Notes under the pieces: model-generated | Told to the model about the DNA's origin: nothing | What the model saw: only the letters and a program-made list of their open reading frames with translations | The model's database searches: none | In this document: positions 39,266 through 49,800 of the stretch, one piece after another | Numbering within the stretch: position 1 is the first letter of the stretch | Layout: each line of letters begins with the position of its first letter | Assembly (NCBI GenBank): GCA_965203465.1 | Contig: CBDBCR010000001.1 | Span: 704,001-768,000 of the forward strand | Length of the DNA: 64,000 nucleotides | DNA from: Nitrosopumilaceae archaeon | GTDB lineage: Archaea; Thermoproteota; Nitrososphaeria; Nitrososphaerales; Nitrosopumilaceae | Direction: 5' to 3' | Program-made: the position numbers and the translations under genes

Positions 39266-41158
39266 GTGGGTAGGCCGTATTCGAAAGAACTGGACATGGT
39301 GCCCCTGACCTACGCGTGGGCAAACCGCGCCCCGATCGGCGATCTTGGGGCGCTGGTAAACAGGTGCGCCAATGCTCCGCTGTACGCCGTAGGCTCCGGC
39401 GGATCTTTTACCGCCGCGACGTTCGCTTCCGCACTGCACCAGCGGGGGGGCAAGATCTCCAGGTGCATGACGCCACTGGAGTTTGTCTGGCACCCGAGCC
39501 TTGACGGCGACGCCTGCGTGGCCATAGTCACGGCCGGCGGCAACAACAAGGACATACTGGCGTCCTTCGACAAGGCGGCCGCGTCTGCGCCGCTGACGGG
39601 CGTAGTCTCTACAAGCGCGGAGAGCAGGCTGGTCAGAAGGGCGGGCGGCGTCAAGAACGTGCTTGTCCACGCCGCGTGCCCTCCCTCCGGCAGGGACGGG
39701 TTTCTTGCCACGAACTCGCTGATCGCCACGATGCTCTGGCTGTCCCGCGCGTACATAGAGGGGCTCTCGCTCCCGTACGAGATTCCAAAATTTGCGAGGC
39801 TTGCTTCCTGCGGGCCCGGCGCGTTCGAAAAGGCGCGCGGCAAAAAAACGCTAGTCGTGCTGCACGATGACTGGGGCAAGACGGCCGCGGTCGACGCAGA
39901 ATCAAAGATGGTGGAAGCCGGCCTGGCCAACGTCCAGATTTCGGACTACCGCAACTTTGCCCACGGCAGGCACAACTGGCTGGACAAGGCTTCAAGCGAG
40001 ACCTGCGTCGTGGCGATGATCACGCCGCAGTGCCTCGGCCTGGCCGACAGGACGATAGGGTTCGTTCCGGCCGACGTGCCGGTCGTTCGCCTGGCGACGG
40101 ACTTGGACGGTCCTGCGGCGGCGATAGACCTGACCCTCCAGGTGTTCCGCATGGTGGAGTTTTTCGGCGCCGTCCGGGGGATCGATCCTGGGCGGCCCGG
40201 CGTCAAGGACTTTGGACGCCGGATCTACGGCATCGGCGTGCCGAACTTGTGCGAGGACGACCTGGCCGACTTTGAAAGGCTGGCGCTGCGCCGAAAGTTC
40301 GGCAGCGCCGGATCCAAAGCCAAGTCGCGCCAAAAGTCGCTTGGCCGTTTCGTCTCCAAGATGCTCCGGCAGGAGTTTGGAGCGGTCGTATTCGACTACG
40401 ACGGGACGCTCTGCGACGACGGCCGGCGGTTTGAAGGGCCCTCCCCCGAGATCGGATCCATGCTGGCAGGACTGGTCAGGCGCGGGGTGTACGTGGGGGT
40501 GGCGACCGGCCGGGGGGAATCGGTCCGCACGCAACTAGCAAGGCTCCTCCCCGGCAAATACCACGCAGGCGTGCTAATCGGATACCACAACGGCTCCCAG
40601 ATGGGCGGCCTTGCGGACCGCAACGTGCCAGACCCGCACCTGCCTCCAGACGAAGCGCTGCATTCGGCCTTTGAGGCGCTCCAGGCCCGCGGGTTTGAAA
40701 AAAACGGCGCCTCGGCTGGGCCTGCGCAGATATCTCTCAGATTGCCCAACCCGGACGCGCGGCAAGTGCAGCGCCTCGTGGAAGAGTCGGGCGTGGCAGG
40801 TGTCAGGGCGGTCGAATCTGGGCATTCGGTGGACCTGCTTGCTCCGGGGGTATCCAAACTCTCCCTGCTCTGCCACATCAAGGAGCGGTTGCCGAAGGGG
40901 CGCAAGATCCTATGTGTCGGAGACAGGGGCCGGTGGCCCGGCAACGACCACGAACTCCTGGGGACGGAGTACTCTCTCAGCGTCGACGAGGCGTCCGAAG
41001 ACCCATCGAGGTGCTGGAACCTGCTCCCTGCCCACAAGCGCGGCGCGGCAGGAACTTTGCATTATATGGGATGGTTTGGTGTGCGCGACGGCTTTGTCAA
41101 GCTCGAAAAAAATCTCGCAGATATGCGCGGCTCGAATGCCGCTGGAAGGAGACGATGA
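39266..41158 (+). CDS. double-SIS sugar-phosphate-binding domain fused to HAD (Cof-type) phosphatase
   Basis: AVGSGGS, TAGGNNKD, DGFLATNS, KMVEAG, DYRNFAHGRH (SIS); FDYDGTL, ATGR, SK, GDRG..PGND (HAD motifs I-IV). CTTTATTT box favours GTG 39266 (MGRPYSKEL). Confidence 0.82.
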   Translation: MGRPYSKELDMVPLTYAWANRAPIGDLGALVNRCANAPLYAVGSGGSFTAATFASALHQRGGKISRCMTPLEFVWHPSLDGDACVAIVTAGGNNKDILASFDKAAASAPLTGVVSTSAESRLVRRAGGVKNVLVHAACPPSGRDGFLATNSLIATMLWLSRAYIEGLSLPYEIPKFARLASCGPGAFEKARGKKTLVVLHDDWGKTAAVDAESKMVEAGLANVQISDYRNFAHGRHNWLDKASSETCVVAMITPQCLGLADRTIGFVPADVPVVRLATDLDGPAAAIDLTLQVFRMVEFFGAVRGIDPGRPGVKDFGRRIYGIGVPNLCEDDLADFERLALRRKFGSAGSKAKSRQKSLGRFVSKMLRQEFGAVVFDYDGTLCDDGRRFEGPSPEIGSMLAGLVRRGVYVGVATGRGESVRTQLARLLPGKYHAGVLIGYHNGSQMGGLADRNVPDPHLPPDEALHSAFEALQARGFEKNGASAGPAQISLRLPNPDARQVQRLVEESGVAGVRAVESGHSVDLLAPGVSKLSLLCHIKERLPKGRKILCVGDRGRWPGNDHELLGTEYSLSVDEASEDPSRCWNLLPAHKRGAAGTLHYMGWFGVRDGFVKLEKNLADMRGSNAAGRRR

Positions 41159-42237
41159 TCGACATACGTGAGACCATCTTGGCCCACGTGCTGGGATGGG
41201 AAGAAGACATAGGAGACGAGTACTACGATCTACAAGCGCTGGGAAACTCCGGCTACGACGATTACATGCAGTTCAGGCCCGGGATGAGGTTCGTGGCCAG
41301 CCTGGCAATGTGGCTAAAGCAGTTTCCGCCCGAGAAACGCACGGCCGCATACGAGTTTGTCAAAAAGCACGTCTTGTGTATCACGCGGGCACAAATGGAG
41401 CAGCTCGTGTCCGTAGCGTATCCGGACTATGTAATACCCATCCTCGCCAAGCAGATTGCGGGCGACGAGTCCAACAGCCTGCGCCGATGGGACGTAACCA
41501 AGACGCTCCGCTCTCGAGAGTTCGACATGCTGCACAAACGATGCCTGTTCATGGGCATGAGCGACGGATCCCACATCGACGAATTCAGGCGGAGCGGCGA
41601 CAAGATAGACCACGAGCAGGTGACAAGAACGCATGAAATAAACAGGGCCAGGGCAGACACGTTGCGCAGAAAACTGGAGAAGAGAACGAATTCGTCTGGA
41701 CAAAAAACATATTTCCAAAACGTCTTTCTGCTGGACGATTTTTCCGCCACGGGTACAAGCTACATAACCGAGGACGGGCAGTCTGGCAAGATCGCAGCTT
41801 TCCACAAAGCCATAACGTCTCCAGAAGACCCGCTGCACGGCTTGGTCGACCTTAAAGATTTGAAAGTTCACGTGATCCTGTACGTCGCCACGGAGCGGGC
41901 CGTTGGAACCATACGCAGCAATGGCGAAAAATTGTTTGGCGCCGTCCGGTTTTCGGTTACTGCCATACACACCATACCCGACTCTGTCAAGTTCGACGAA
42001 TCCGCAAATCCCGAATTTGCAGAACTGGTGCGTAATGAGTGTTTCGGGTACGAGAACATACTAGACGAGCACATGACCGCCGAAAACTCGCCTCAGCCGT
42101 GGCTCGGCTTTGGAAGTTGCGGCCTTCCGCTCGTGTTGTACCACAACACACCCAACAACTCTCTGCCCATCCTGTATAGGAACGACGAAAAGACCAAGTT
42201 TAAGGGGCTGTTTCCAAGGGTCAGGAGGCACCAGTGA
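41155..42237 (+). CDS. phosphoribosyltransferase-like protein
   Basis: VFLLDDFSATGTS PRPP-binding loop; HNTPNNSLPIL and LFPR C-terminal motifs; ATGA overlap with the upstream gene. Confidence 0.78.
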   Translation: MIDIRETILAHVLGWEEDIGDEYYDLQALGNSGYDDYMQFRPGMRFVASLAMWLKQFPPEKRTAAYEFVKKHVLCITRAQMEQLVSVAYPDYVIPILAKQIAGDESNSLRRWDVTKTLRSREFDMLHKRCLFMGMSDGSHIDEFRRSGDKIDHEQVTRTHEINRARADTLRRKLEKRTNSSGQKTYFQNVFLLDDFSATGTSYITEDGQSGKIAAFHKAITSPEDPLHGLVDLKDLKVHVILYVATERAVGTIRSNGEKLFGAVRFSVTAIHTIPDSVKFDESANPEFAELVRNECFGYENILDEHMTAENSPQPWLGFGSCGLPLVLYHNTPNNSLPILYRNDEKTKFKGLFPRVRRHQ

Positions 42238-44153
42238 TGGCCCCCCGGAACCTCTTCCGCGTGCGCACAGCAGAATATTTGGACGATTACGCGTTTTTGA
42301 AATTGTTTGGCGCCGAAGCATTGGATATATTCAACGCCGATAAAGTTTGGGCACAGATGCAAATAATTAGAAGCTCGCGCGGAGGAGGCAAAACATCGTT
42401 GTTGCGGATTTTTTCCCCGCGTTCTTTAAACCAGATAAAAAACCAAGCGACGTCCCTAAAACCGCTTGTAGACAAACTGGTGGAACTCGGCGTGCTTTCG
42501 GACACACACGAGATCAACATGCTGGGAGTCTCACTCTCGCTGTTTGGAAACTATTCCCTCTTGGAGCATCTGGGCTTTGAGCGGCCACGGCAACAACGTC
42601 TGTTCTTCGCGCTGTTGGCAAGCAAGATCGTCATATCTGCCCTCCGGAGCGTGTGCGAGTTGAAGAAGGCCAAGTTTCCGGACGATCTAATCCGCATACG
42701 CATAGACCGTCCGCCCGATCCGAACATACGCGAATGCGTCCCAGTTCCGTGTGACGGACAACGGCTGTACGAATGGGCGGCGGAAATAGAAAACCGCGTG
42801 TATGCCATCATAGAACAACAGTCGGATTCGGACAAGGATCTGGGCGGGTACGAGACGCTTTCCCTCATACACCTGATCCAGTCTTCCAACCTGTCTTATG
42901 ACGGCAAACGCGTAGCTGAAAAGACGTTGCTGATGTTGGACGACGCACATTGTCTTACTCCTACACAAAGGAAACATCTTGCGCGCGCTTTAACCAACCT
43001 GCGGGTGCCGTTGATATGGGTAGCCGAGAGGCTCGAAGCTTTGAATCCGGAAGACATGCTCTCGCCCGACGGAACCGACGGGAGAGAATGGGGGCCGTCC
43101 TTGATAGTAGAGCAGTTTTGGCGACATAAACGCCGTCGTTCAAAGTTCGTTTCCTTCCTGAAGGCAATATCCAACAAACGCGCAAGTTCGGGAGACTCGG
43201 ACGTGGATTTTTCTGGCATGCTGACTGACGCACTCACACAACATGAGCGTTTCGAAGAAGCGATAGAACAGGAATCCAAACGCATAACTCGAGCGTTCGG
43301 CACAAACCCGCAGTACAAAGAGTGGTTTTCCAACTGCCAAAATTGTAGCGGGAGTCAGTCAGAGAGGGCCATGCAGTGGAGGCTGTTGGAGATAAACATA
43401 GAAAGGCTAAAACACCACAAACAGCAGCTGCTTTTCCCCAACGATCCCTTAGCTGTCGGTCTGCAGACCACGTCTCCGTCTACTAGGCACGTGGCAAATT
43501 TTTACATACGCAAAAAATACAACATTCCGCACTATTATGGTTTCGACAGCCTTGCACGCTTGTCCTCCTCCAACGTGCAGCAGTTTCTTTATTTGGCGGG
43601 TGGCCTTTTTGACCAGATCACGAACGCCCGCATAGCCGGCAGGCCTGTCGAACTATCTCCAAAAAAGCAGGACGAAATACTCACACAGGCGGCGGCCCGG
43701 CGCTGGGACGACATAATACGAATCATAGACGATCAAGCTCTAGAAAACTTTGTAGACAACATGGCCGACTTTTGCACCAAAGAGACGGATCTTCCCAACG
43801 CTCCGTACGACAGCGTTACCGGAATAGCAATATCGACAGAGAATCTCAGGCTCCTGCAAAACCTCCCCCCAAACGGCCATTCTCAACACAGACGGCTGGC
43901 CAGCATTCTGTCCACCTGCTTTGCCCACAACATACTGGAGCCCAGACCGTACGCCAAGCAGGGATCTCCGGGAACCACTCATCTGGTAATGTATCTCAAT
44001 CGACTCTTTTGCATACGCTACAAACTACCGCTTGCGTACGGAGGATGGAGGGAAAAGTCGCTTTCCGATCTGCTGGTTTTCTCACAGACCCGATCCAGCA
44101 GGATCCCGCTCCTAGATCACGTTCAAAGCGAACTGGGGGCGAGCTCCGCGTGA
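42234..44153 (+). CDS. ORC/CDC6-like AAA+ ATPase
   Basis: NLFRVRTAE, SRGGGKTSLLR Walker A, LLMLDD Walker B, C-terminal wHTH-like YLNRLFC..Y.LP; GTGA overlap. Confidence 0.75.
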   Translation: MMAPRNLFRVRTAEYLDDYAFLKLFGAEALDIFNADKVWAQMQIIRSSRGGGKTSLLRIFSPRSLNQIKNQATSLKPLVDKLVELGVLSDTHEINMLGVSLSLFGNYSLLEHLGFERPRQQRLFFALLASKIVISALRSVCELKKAKFPDDLIRIRIDRPPDPNIRECVPVPCDGQRLYEWAAEIENRVYAIIEQQSDSDKDLGGYETLSLIHLIQSSNLSYDGKRVAEKTLLMLDDAHCLTPTQRKHLARALTNLRVPLIWVAERLEALNPEDMLSPDGTDGREWGPSLIVEQFWRHKRRRSKFVSFLKAISNKRASSGDSDVDFSGMLTDALTQHERFEEAIEQESKRITRAFGTNPQYKEWFSNCQNCSGSQSERAMQWRLLEINIERLKHHKQQLLFPNDPLAVGLQTTSPSTRHVANFYIRKKYNIPHYYGFDSLARLSSSNVQQFLYLAGGLFDQITNARIAGRPVELSPKKQDEILTQAAARRWDDIIRIIDDQALENFVDNMADFCTKETDLPNAPYDSVTGIAISTENLRLLQNLPPNGHSQHRRLASILSTCFAHNILEPRPYAKQGSPGTTHLVMYLNRLFCIRYKLPLAYGGWREKSLSDLLVFSQTRSSRIPLLDHVQSELGASSA

Positions 44154-45238
44154 CGGACTACGTTCGGCGTTATTTCGCGCCCAGCGGCCCTGATTTTGAG
44201 GGGTTTTGGAAGGAATACTTGAAGACAGAGCGCCGGATCATGTTCGTGACTGGGCTGGGATTTGATCCGAGATCATTTGACTGCCTCAAAAAAATCATAG
44301 CGTGCAACACCAAATCCACGATCGATTACAGGATCGTCGAATACGACTATTTTATCCAGAACGGCAAGATGAGGGACATGTATGAAAATAACCGGAACGA
44401 ACTGGAAGAAATGGGGTTGCCACAGGCGTCCAAACAACCTATACGCATGCAGGGTGACGAGAACATGACATCCACCGACGCCATCAGGTCAGTTACAGGC
44501 GAAGATCTCTGCACGCATTCTGACATCGTCGTCGACGTCACCTCGATGCCGGTGGGGGCTTATTTCCCGATGATTAAAAGCATCTTGTCCATGATCAAAC
44601 GGTCCGCAGACCCCAAAGTCAGAAAAACCAACCTGCACATAACCGTATCTGAAAACCCCCGCATGGACGCGTCAATACAGGAAACCACCAAAAACGAGAA
44701 ATCCGCGCACATGCACAGGTTTAGCCAGAGTCTTGAAAAAGAGACGATGCGCGGCGTGCCAAAGGTATGGATTCCGGTGCTTGGCGCCAACCAAAAAGAC
44801 CAGTTTGGCAAAATAAAATCCCAGATCACCCCCGCCGAAACCATCCCTGTGCTTCCAATGCCGTCGTCTGATCCGTATGAATCCAGAGACATACTCTTGG
44901 AATACAGCGCGCTTTTCGACGATCTCCAGATCGAGCAAAGAAACGTGGCCTATTCGGACGAACAAAACCCGTCGGAGACGTGCGCAAAAATAATGGCGAT
45001 CGCCAGAGACTACGATCGCCTGTGCGCCACAATGAGAAGATGCGTCGTAGTGATCTCCCCGCTCGCAAACAAGCTGCGTTGCATAGGGTGCCTGATGGCA
45101 GCATGCGACCTGCTTGACGAGGGCATAGATCTAGCAGTCGCATACGTGCCCAACCAATCATACAGCATCAAAGACACTTTTACGAAAAGCCCCAGCACAC
45201 TTTGCACGATATGGCTTGCCGGTGAGTGCTATGAGTGA
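44150..45238 (+). CDS. hypothetical protein, tandem CARF/Rossmann-like domains
   Basis: GLGFDPR, IVVDVTSMP, WIPVLG, VISPLANK pattern; GTGA overlap with the ATPase stop. Confidence 0.6.
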   Translation: MTDYVRRYFAPSGPDFEGFWKEYLKTERRIMFVTGLGFDPRSFDCLKKIIACNTKSTIDYRIVEYDYFIQNGKMRDMYENNRNELEEMGLPQASKQPIRMQGDENMTSTDAIRSVTGEDLCTHSDIVVDVTSMPVGAYFPMIKSILSMIKRSADPKVRKTNLHITVSENPRMDASIQETTKNEKSAHMHRFSQSLEKETMRGVPKVWIPVLGANQKDQFGKIKSQITPAETIPVLPMPSSDPYESRDILLEYSALFDDLQIEQRNVAYSDEQNPSETCAKIMAIARDYDRLCATMRRCVVVISPLANKLRCIGCLMAACDLLDEGIDLAVAYVPNQSYSIKDTFTKSPSTLCTIWLAGECYE

Positions 45239-46235
45239 CGCCGCTAGGCCCGCATGCGTCGGGACGGGTCTGGTGGTACTCGACGCGATTTATGACGCAA
45301 GAGGCGCAGGCCCCAAGTTCTTGGCGGGAGGCTCGTGTGCCAACGTGCTCACGATACTGTCGTACCTGGGATGGGATTCGTACCCGGTGGCGCGACTCGG
45401 AGGCGATCTAGAAGGGAGGCGCGTGATCGCGGACATGAAATCGTGGGGTGTGCACATGGAGTTTGTGCAGACCGAGACTGAATTGGCCACCCCTCGGATC
45501 ATAGAGCAGGTGGGGAGGGGAGGGCGCAAGACGCACAGGTTCCGTTTCACGTGCGACCACGGCCGCCGGCTCCCCCGGCGGAGGCCGTACACCCTCCGGG
45601 CGGCCGGCGAGGCGCTGGCCCGGCTGCCGGCGGCCGGCGTGTTTTACTTTGACCGGGCGGGTCCGGGCGTGCTAAAGATGGCCCTGCGCATGAAGGCCGG
45701 CGGGGCCGTCGTGTTCTTTGAGCCCCACAAGCCCTCAGGCGGCGCGATCTTTGAAAGGTGCCTGCGGGCAGCCGACATAGTCAAGCACTGCGGCGACGCC
45801 ACGGGCAACCCGCAGGTTCCGTTGGAGATACAGACGCTGGGAGGGGACGGCCTGCGGTACAGGACGCGCGGGACGGACTGGGTGAGCATGCATGCCTTTC
45901 CCGTCCGTGACTTGGTAGACACGGCCGGATCGGGCGACTGGCTGTCGGCGGGCCTGATCCACCGCATGTTCGGCGGCGGCTCGTCCAGAATTCCCGCCCG
46001 GCGCGGCATCGAGTCCGCACTCAGATTTGGGGAAGCGTTGGCCGCAGCAAACTGCAGCTTTGTAGGCGGTCGCGGGATGATGTATTCCGTAACGCGGGAT
46101 CGGGCGCTCGGACTGGCAGAAAAGATAGCGTCTAGCCGGATGGCGGTACCCGTCGGCACCAGCACGCTGCGGGCAGGCCGGGCACCCGGATGCAGGGTAT
46201 GCCTATGCGGGACGGCCGACGGGTACCGCCGCTAG
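45231..46235 (+). CDS. PfkB/ribokinase-family carbohydrate kinase
   Basis: GLVVLD, AGGSCANV, LGGD..G, ADIVK, TLGGDG, VDTAGSGD; ATG 45231 overlaps the upstream gene. Confidence 0.85.
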   Translation: MSDAARPACVGTGLVVLDAIYDARGAGPKFLAGGSCANVLTILSYLGWDSYPVARLGGDLEGRRVIADMKSWGVHMEFVQTETELATPRIIEQVGRGGRKTHRFRFTCDHGRRLPRRRPYTLRAAGEALARLPAAGVFYFDRAGPGVLKMALRMKAGGAVVFFEPHKPSGGAIFERCLRAADIVKHCGDATGNPQVPLEIQTLGGDGLRYRTRGTDWVSMHAFPVRDLVDTAGSGDWLSAGLIHRMFGGGSSRIPARRGIESALRFGEALAAANCSFVGGRGMMYSVTRDRALGLAEKIASSRMAVPVGTSTLRAGRAPGCRVCLCGTADGYRR

Positions 46236-46806
46236 GCCCATTCTGGCGTACAGTGCGAATTCCCACCGCGCCGCATGCCGTAAGCACAGGATTTTCGCAA
46301 ATCTGCCCTATCCGGCTGGCAGGCGTTCACGCTGTTTGGGCCTGCTTACGCATACTAACCACACGTGCCAGAATGCTGCATTCAGGCGGCCGGCGCGATG
46401 TGAGCCCGCCCTCGCCGGATCCACCCATCCGGCCCAAAAGCCCGATCCGGGCCGAAAAGCGGCAGCCGCGGAACCTATATCCGAAAACGGCCCGCCCCGG
46501 GCGGCGCCCGGGAAGGAGCGCGCCCGGGCCCCGGTGCCGCATAGGCGACGGCGCAACCGTGGGACTTGGCGTCTATTGCCAACGACCTGACCGCGTGCGA
46601 CGCGCAGGCGCGGCAGAGGGACGCCGGCGCCAAACGGCCAACGAGAGGGGCACGGAGAGGCTCTCGGCCACGGTCTCGTCCGCCCACACGCGCAAGATCA
46701 GGGCGTAGTCGTACCGGACGCTATCTGCAAGCCGCGATCCGGCAGCCTCGGCCTAGCGCGCCTTGTGCGGCCAAACGTTAACATGTTTGGCGCGGCGGGT
46801 GCCGGC

Positions 46807-49800
46807 ATGGATCCCGGAAGCCCGGATGCGCGCCCGGGCCTGTTCCGCCCGGACGAGCCGGCCCCGAGCGTCCGGCAGGACAGGTTCGGCCACGGGGACT
46901 TTGTGGAGTTGCTAAAGTACGTGATCCGCAACGGCGAGGCGCCCCTCAACATAGCCCTCTACGGAAAGTGGGGGGTCGGAAAGTCGAGCATCCTGAAGTT
47001 TTTCCGCACGGAGGTGTCCAGGGACAAGAACCTGAACGACAAGTTCGTCTTCGTGCCCATAGACGTGTGGAAGCTTTCGCCCCGCATACTAAAGCAGGAG
47101 TTTCTGGACGCCCTGAACCAAGAGCTGGGGTCGCTGACCGACGAGGAAATGAACGAGAGGCTCTGGCACCACAAGGAAGAGACCTCTGACCGGAGCGCGT
47201 CGTTGAGAAAAAGATACGCTCTTGCGACTGCGGGCGGCGTTGGGTTATTTGCGGCTTTGGCGGCTGCGAGCCAATATTTTCCCACATATTTTGAAAATCA
47301 TCCGTGGATGTCCTCCTCGTTTCTGATAAGCGTGGTTCCGTTTTTTGTGGCCATGTTGCAGGAGCTTGGAAGACTTTCCAAAAGCGTGGCCAAGTCTAGA
47401 AAGACAATCATCCCGAGGATCGAGTCATACGCGCAGTTCCGAAAACTGTTCGAGGACATAGTCAACGCCAAGAGCGGCAAAAAGCCGATAATCGCCATAG
47501 ACAACCTGGACAGGTGCGACAGCGAATCGGTGGTGGCGATACTGGGCATGATCAAGACGTTCCTGGACGATCCCAAATGCTTCTTTGTCGTGGCCTGCGA
47601 CCAAGACGCGATAATCAAGCACCTGCAGGTAAAGAAGGGGCTGTTCGATCAGAGGTACGCCAAAGAGTTCCTGGGCAAGTTTTTCCAGGTTTCCCTGTAC
47701 ATACCGGACCAGATAAAGGGGCAGCTCTACGAGTACGCCAAATCCCAACTCGGTGCGTTCGAGCCCGATATAGAGTTTGATCCGAACGTGGCCGACATTT
47801 TCGCGAATGCCGGGACCCGGAACCCCAGGAAAATCCGGCAGTTTGTGTACAATTTCGCCATAGCGTACAGGATGGCATCCATCAAGGAAAACGCGGGCGC
47901 CATCGCCAAAGGCACGGTCACCGGGAACGCGCCGTTCCTTGCCAAGATCACGGTGCTCAGGGAAGACTGGCCGGATTTCTTTCAAAAGTTGGAGAAAAAG
48001 CCTGCTCTTTTGAAAAGAATCCAAGAATTCATAGACGGCAGCTCCGAGCACGATTACGACGAAATCTTGAAGCACAACGAAGGCTTGGAGAATTTTCTCA
48101 GATCTACCCGCACGGTAAAATCCGCACAGATTCTGGCCTTTGTGAATCTGAACCAGGAATCGTTCGAGGCCTCGCTGTCGAAACTGGACAGGCTGATTGT
48201 CGCGGTAAACCAGGACGATGCAGAATCCGTGAAGGAAATCGTGCTGGAAGACCCGGAAAAACAGCACGAATATGTCCTGAAATTGTGCAGCTTGGTACAA
48301 GAGTACGTAGAAAATGGAAGAAACTTGGTTGCAGGCAACGCGCTCGGCGTGCTGGTCGACATGCATGGCGTTGTAAACGAAGAATCCAAGGAAAAGATCA
48401 TAGAACTGCTTGACCGGTTCATGGCCGGCAGCGACATGCTCAAAAATCTGCGGACGTTTGATGTCGACGCCCTGTTTTCAATCACGCCCTCTCTGGATTC
48501 AGACACCAAGGAGCGAATCTATCTGGAATACTCGGAAAGCTTGTCCGTGCCGGACGGCGAGTTTTTGATCCTCAAGAAACTCATAGGCAAGGCCCCGTTG
48601 GTCAGCTCTCTTGTCTGCGACAACATAGACCGCAAACTGGGATCGTGGGCGCAAAAAAACGAGAATCTGTTTTATGACATGACGGCGCTGCTGATTGCAA
48701 GTGACGTGCACGCAAAATTCATCAAAGACGACATACTGAGGGGAATAATAGGCGCCGCCAAATCCGGAAAAGACAAATGGACAGAGAGGTACTTGGAGCT
48801 GAAGTATCTTGCCAGGGAAAACGTCAAACGGGCGTTTGTCGAAAGGATGCTTTCGTCAGTCGTGGCAAAGAAAGGAGAAAGTATGCCTGCCGATCACAGA
48901 AAAAAATACGAAACGCTCGGAAAAATGTCCCCGGATGACTTTACGGCAGACGCCGCCAAACACGCGTACGATGTATTGAAAGGTCCGGCTAGGCACTATG
49001 CGGACGCGGGCGACAAGGCACTGGCGGCAGGGATCATCCTGAAGATATACGCAAAACTGGATCCTGCCGACAGGGAAGAGTTTGCGGCCGACGTCTTTGC
49101 CCCGCTGCTAGGACAGAGCGGCCCGCAGAACCTCGCCCCCCTAGCAGAGGTCGTCCGCAAGGAAGGCATCCGGATTCTCGAGCTCGAGGCCGCCGCGGAC
49201 GCTGTCTTTTCCCTGCTGCGAAACGCGCCCTCGCGCGAGTCGGTCGATCTCATGTACGCAGGCGTGCCGGAAGGCAAGTGGGCGGACGTGGAAGAAAAAA
49301 TAGTCCAGATACACGATGCGGACTTCGGCAAGGTCGAGGTTCTTGCGTCCGCGTTCGAGCTGTCTGCCCGCGCGCCCGAAGAGCTGAGGGCGAAGGCTCT
49401 TGGCAGGATGGCACAATCCTGCCAAAGCTTTAGCTGGGTGCAGCAATCGTCAATCCACCGAAAGCTGTCCAAAGCGCTGGGATCTGAAAGCGGTCTTATG
49501 GGCGCGTTCGCCGACGGTCTGTCGTTCGGGCTCGTATCAAACGACCGCTCGGAGATCGACGCGTATCTGGAACTCGCGGGGGAGTGTCTTGGAAAAGTTG
49601 CGGAAACAAAGCGCAGGGAGATATTTTCCGCGCTCTTTGACAAGCTGCAGCAGTATCCCCCGCCAAAGAAAGACCGGAGCATGTTGAAATTCCTGATGTC
49701 TAAAAACAAGAGCATGGATCAGGGCGAGAAGGGGCAATTGGGAGGCGTCGTGATCAAAATCCTACGGACAAACAACAGTTCACTGATAGGGGAAATTCTG

